A DNA stretch of 64,000 nt from Heterodontus francisci (lineage: Eukaryota). The notes beneath the pieces are model-generated. The model did no database searches, was not told the origin of the DNA, and saw only the letters and a program-made list of their open reading frames with translations. The stretch spans positions 120,282,531 to 120,346,530 of the forward strand of contig NC_090383.1 in assembly GCF_036365525.1 (NCBI RefSeq), in the 5' to 3' direction. The translations under genes were made by a program, and so were the position numbers. Positions 63,301-64,000 of the stretch are shown here, one piece after another (position 1 is the first letter of the stretch; each line of letters begins with the position of its first letter).

Positions 63301-64000
63301 TCACCCCCCAACACATCTCCATTTCACCCCCACAACACATCCCCACTTCACCCCCCAACACATCTCCATTTCACCCCCCCCACCTCATCCCCACTTCACC
63401 CCCCAACACATCCCCACTTCACCCCCCCCAACTCATCCCCACTTCACCCCCCAACACATCCCCACTTCACCCCCCACCACATCCCCACTTCACCCCCCCA
63501 ACTCATCCCCACTTCACCCCCCCCAACTCATCCCCACTTCACCCCCCAACACATCTCCATTTCACTCCCCCCAACACATCCCCACTTCACCCCCCAACAC
63601 ATCTCCATTTCACTCCCCCCAACTCATCCCCACTTCACCCCCCAGCACATCTCCATTTCACCCCGCCAACTCATCCCCACTTCACCCCCCAACACATCTC
63701 CATTTCACCCCCCCCAACGCATCCCCACTTCACCCCCCCAACACATCTCCATTTCACCTCCCCCCCAACTCATCCCTACTTCACCCCCGAACACATCTCC
63801 ATTTCACCCCGCCAACTCATCCCCACTTCAACCCCCCAACACATCTCCATTTCACCCCCCCCAACTCATCCCTACTTCACCCCCGAACACATCTCCATTT
63901 CACCCCCCCAACACATCCCCACTTCACCCCCCCAACTCATCCCCACTTCACCCCCCATCTCATCTCCATTTCACTCCCCCCAACACATCCCCACTTCACC
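57335..64000 (+). repeat. C-rich minisatellite, ~21-24-bp unit CCCCCCAACACATCCCCACTTCA with variants
   Basis: More than 6.6 kb of tandem units with variable C-run length; runs off the right edge. Confidence 0.97.

Noticed and set aside
57335-64000. CRISPR-like or telomeric array
   Set aside because: No unique spacers, no TTAGGG units, and the context is eukaryotic intronic DNA.

Overview
Eukaryotic, repeat-dense genomic DNA. The repeat families (CR1/HER1-like LINEs, tRNA-SINEs, RTE, Penelope, Tx1, PIF/Harbinger) and the gene content point to a cartilaginous fish (inference). The only host gene I can support is an immunoglobulin-superfamily gene on the + strand. It has a signal-peptide exon (30590-30641) and, after a ~19 kb intron, two tandem germline-joined VJ-type V-domain exons (49687-50037, 56602-56943). 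All junctions are phase 1, I found no RSSs, and the rest of the gene probably lies beyond the window. An inverted paralogous promoter and leader exon (940-991, - strand) marks a sister gene transcribed head-to-head out of the left edge; both promoters keep the same ETS and RUNX motifs. The remainder is nested transposons: an intact-ORF RTE LINE, an internally deleted RTE derivative, a tRNA-headed ORF2-only LINE that appears to be the parent of a local SINE family, a hAT MITE, Harbinger MITEs and fossils, and solo LTRs. Two large G/C-skewed minisatellite arrays of opposite polarity flank the V exons. Most ORFs in the supplied track are TE fragments or low-complexity artefacts. TE boundaries without a stated TSD are approximate.
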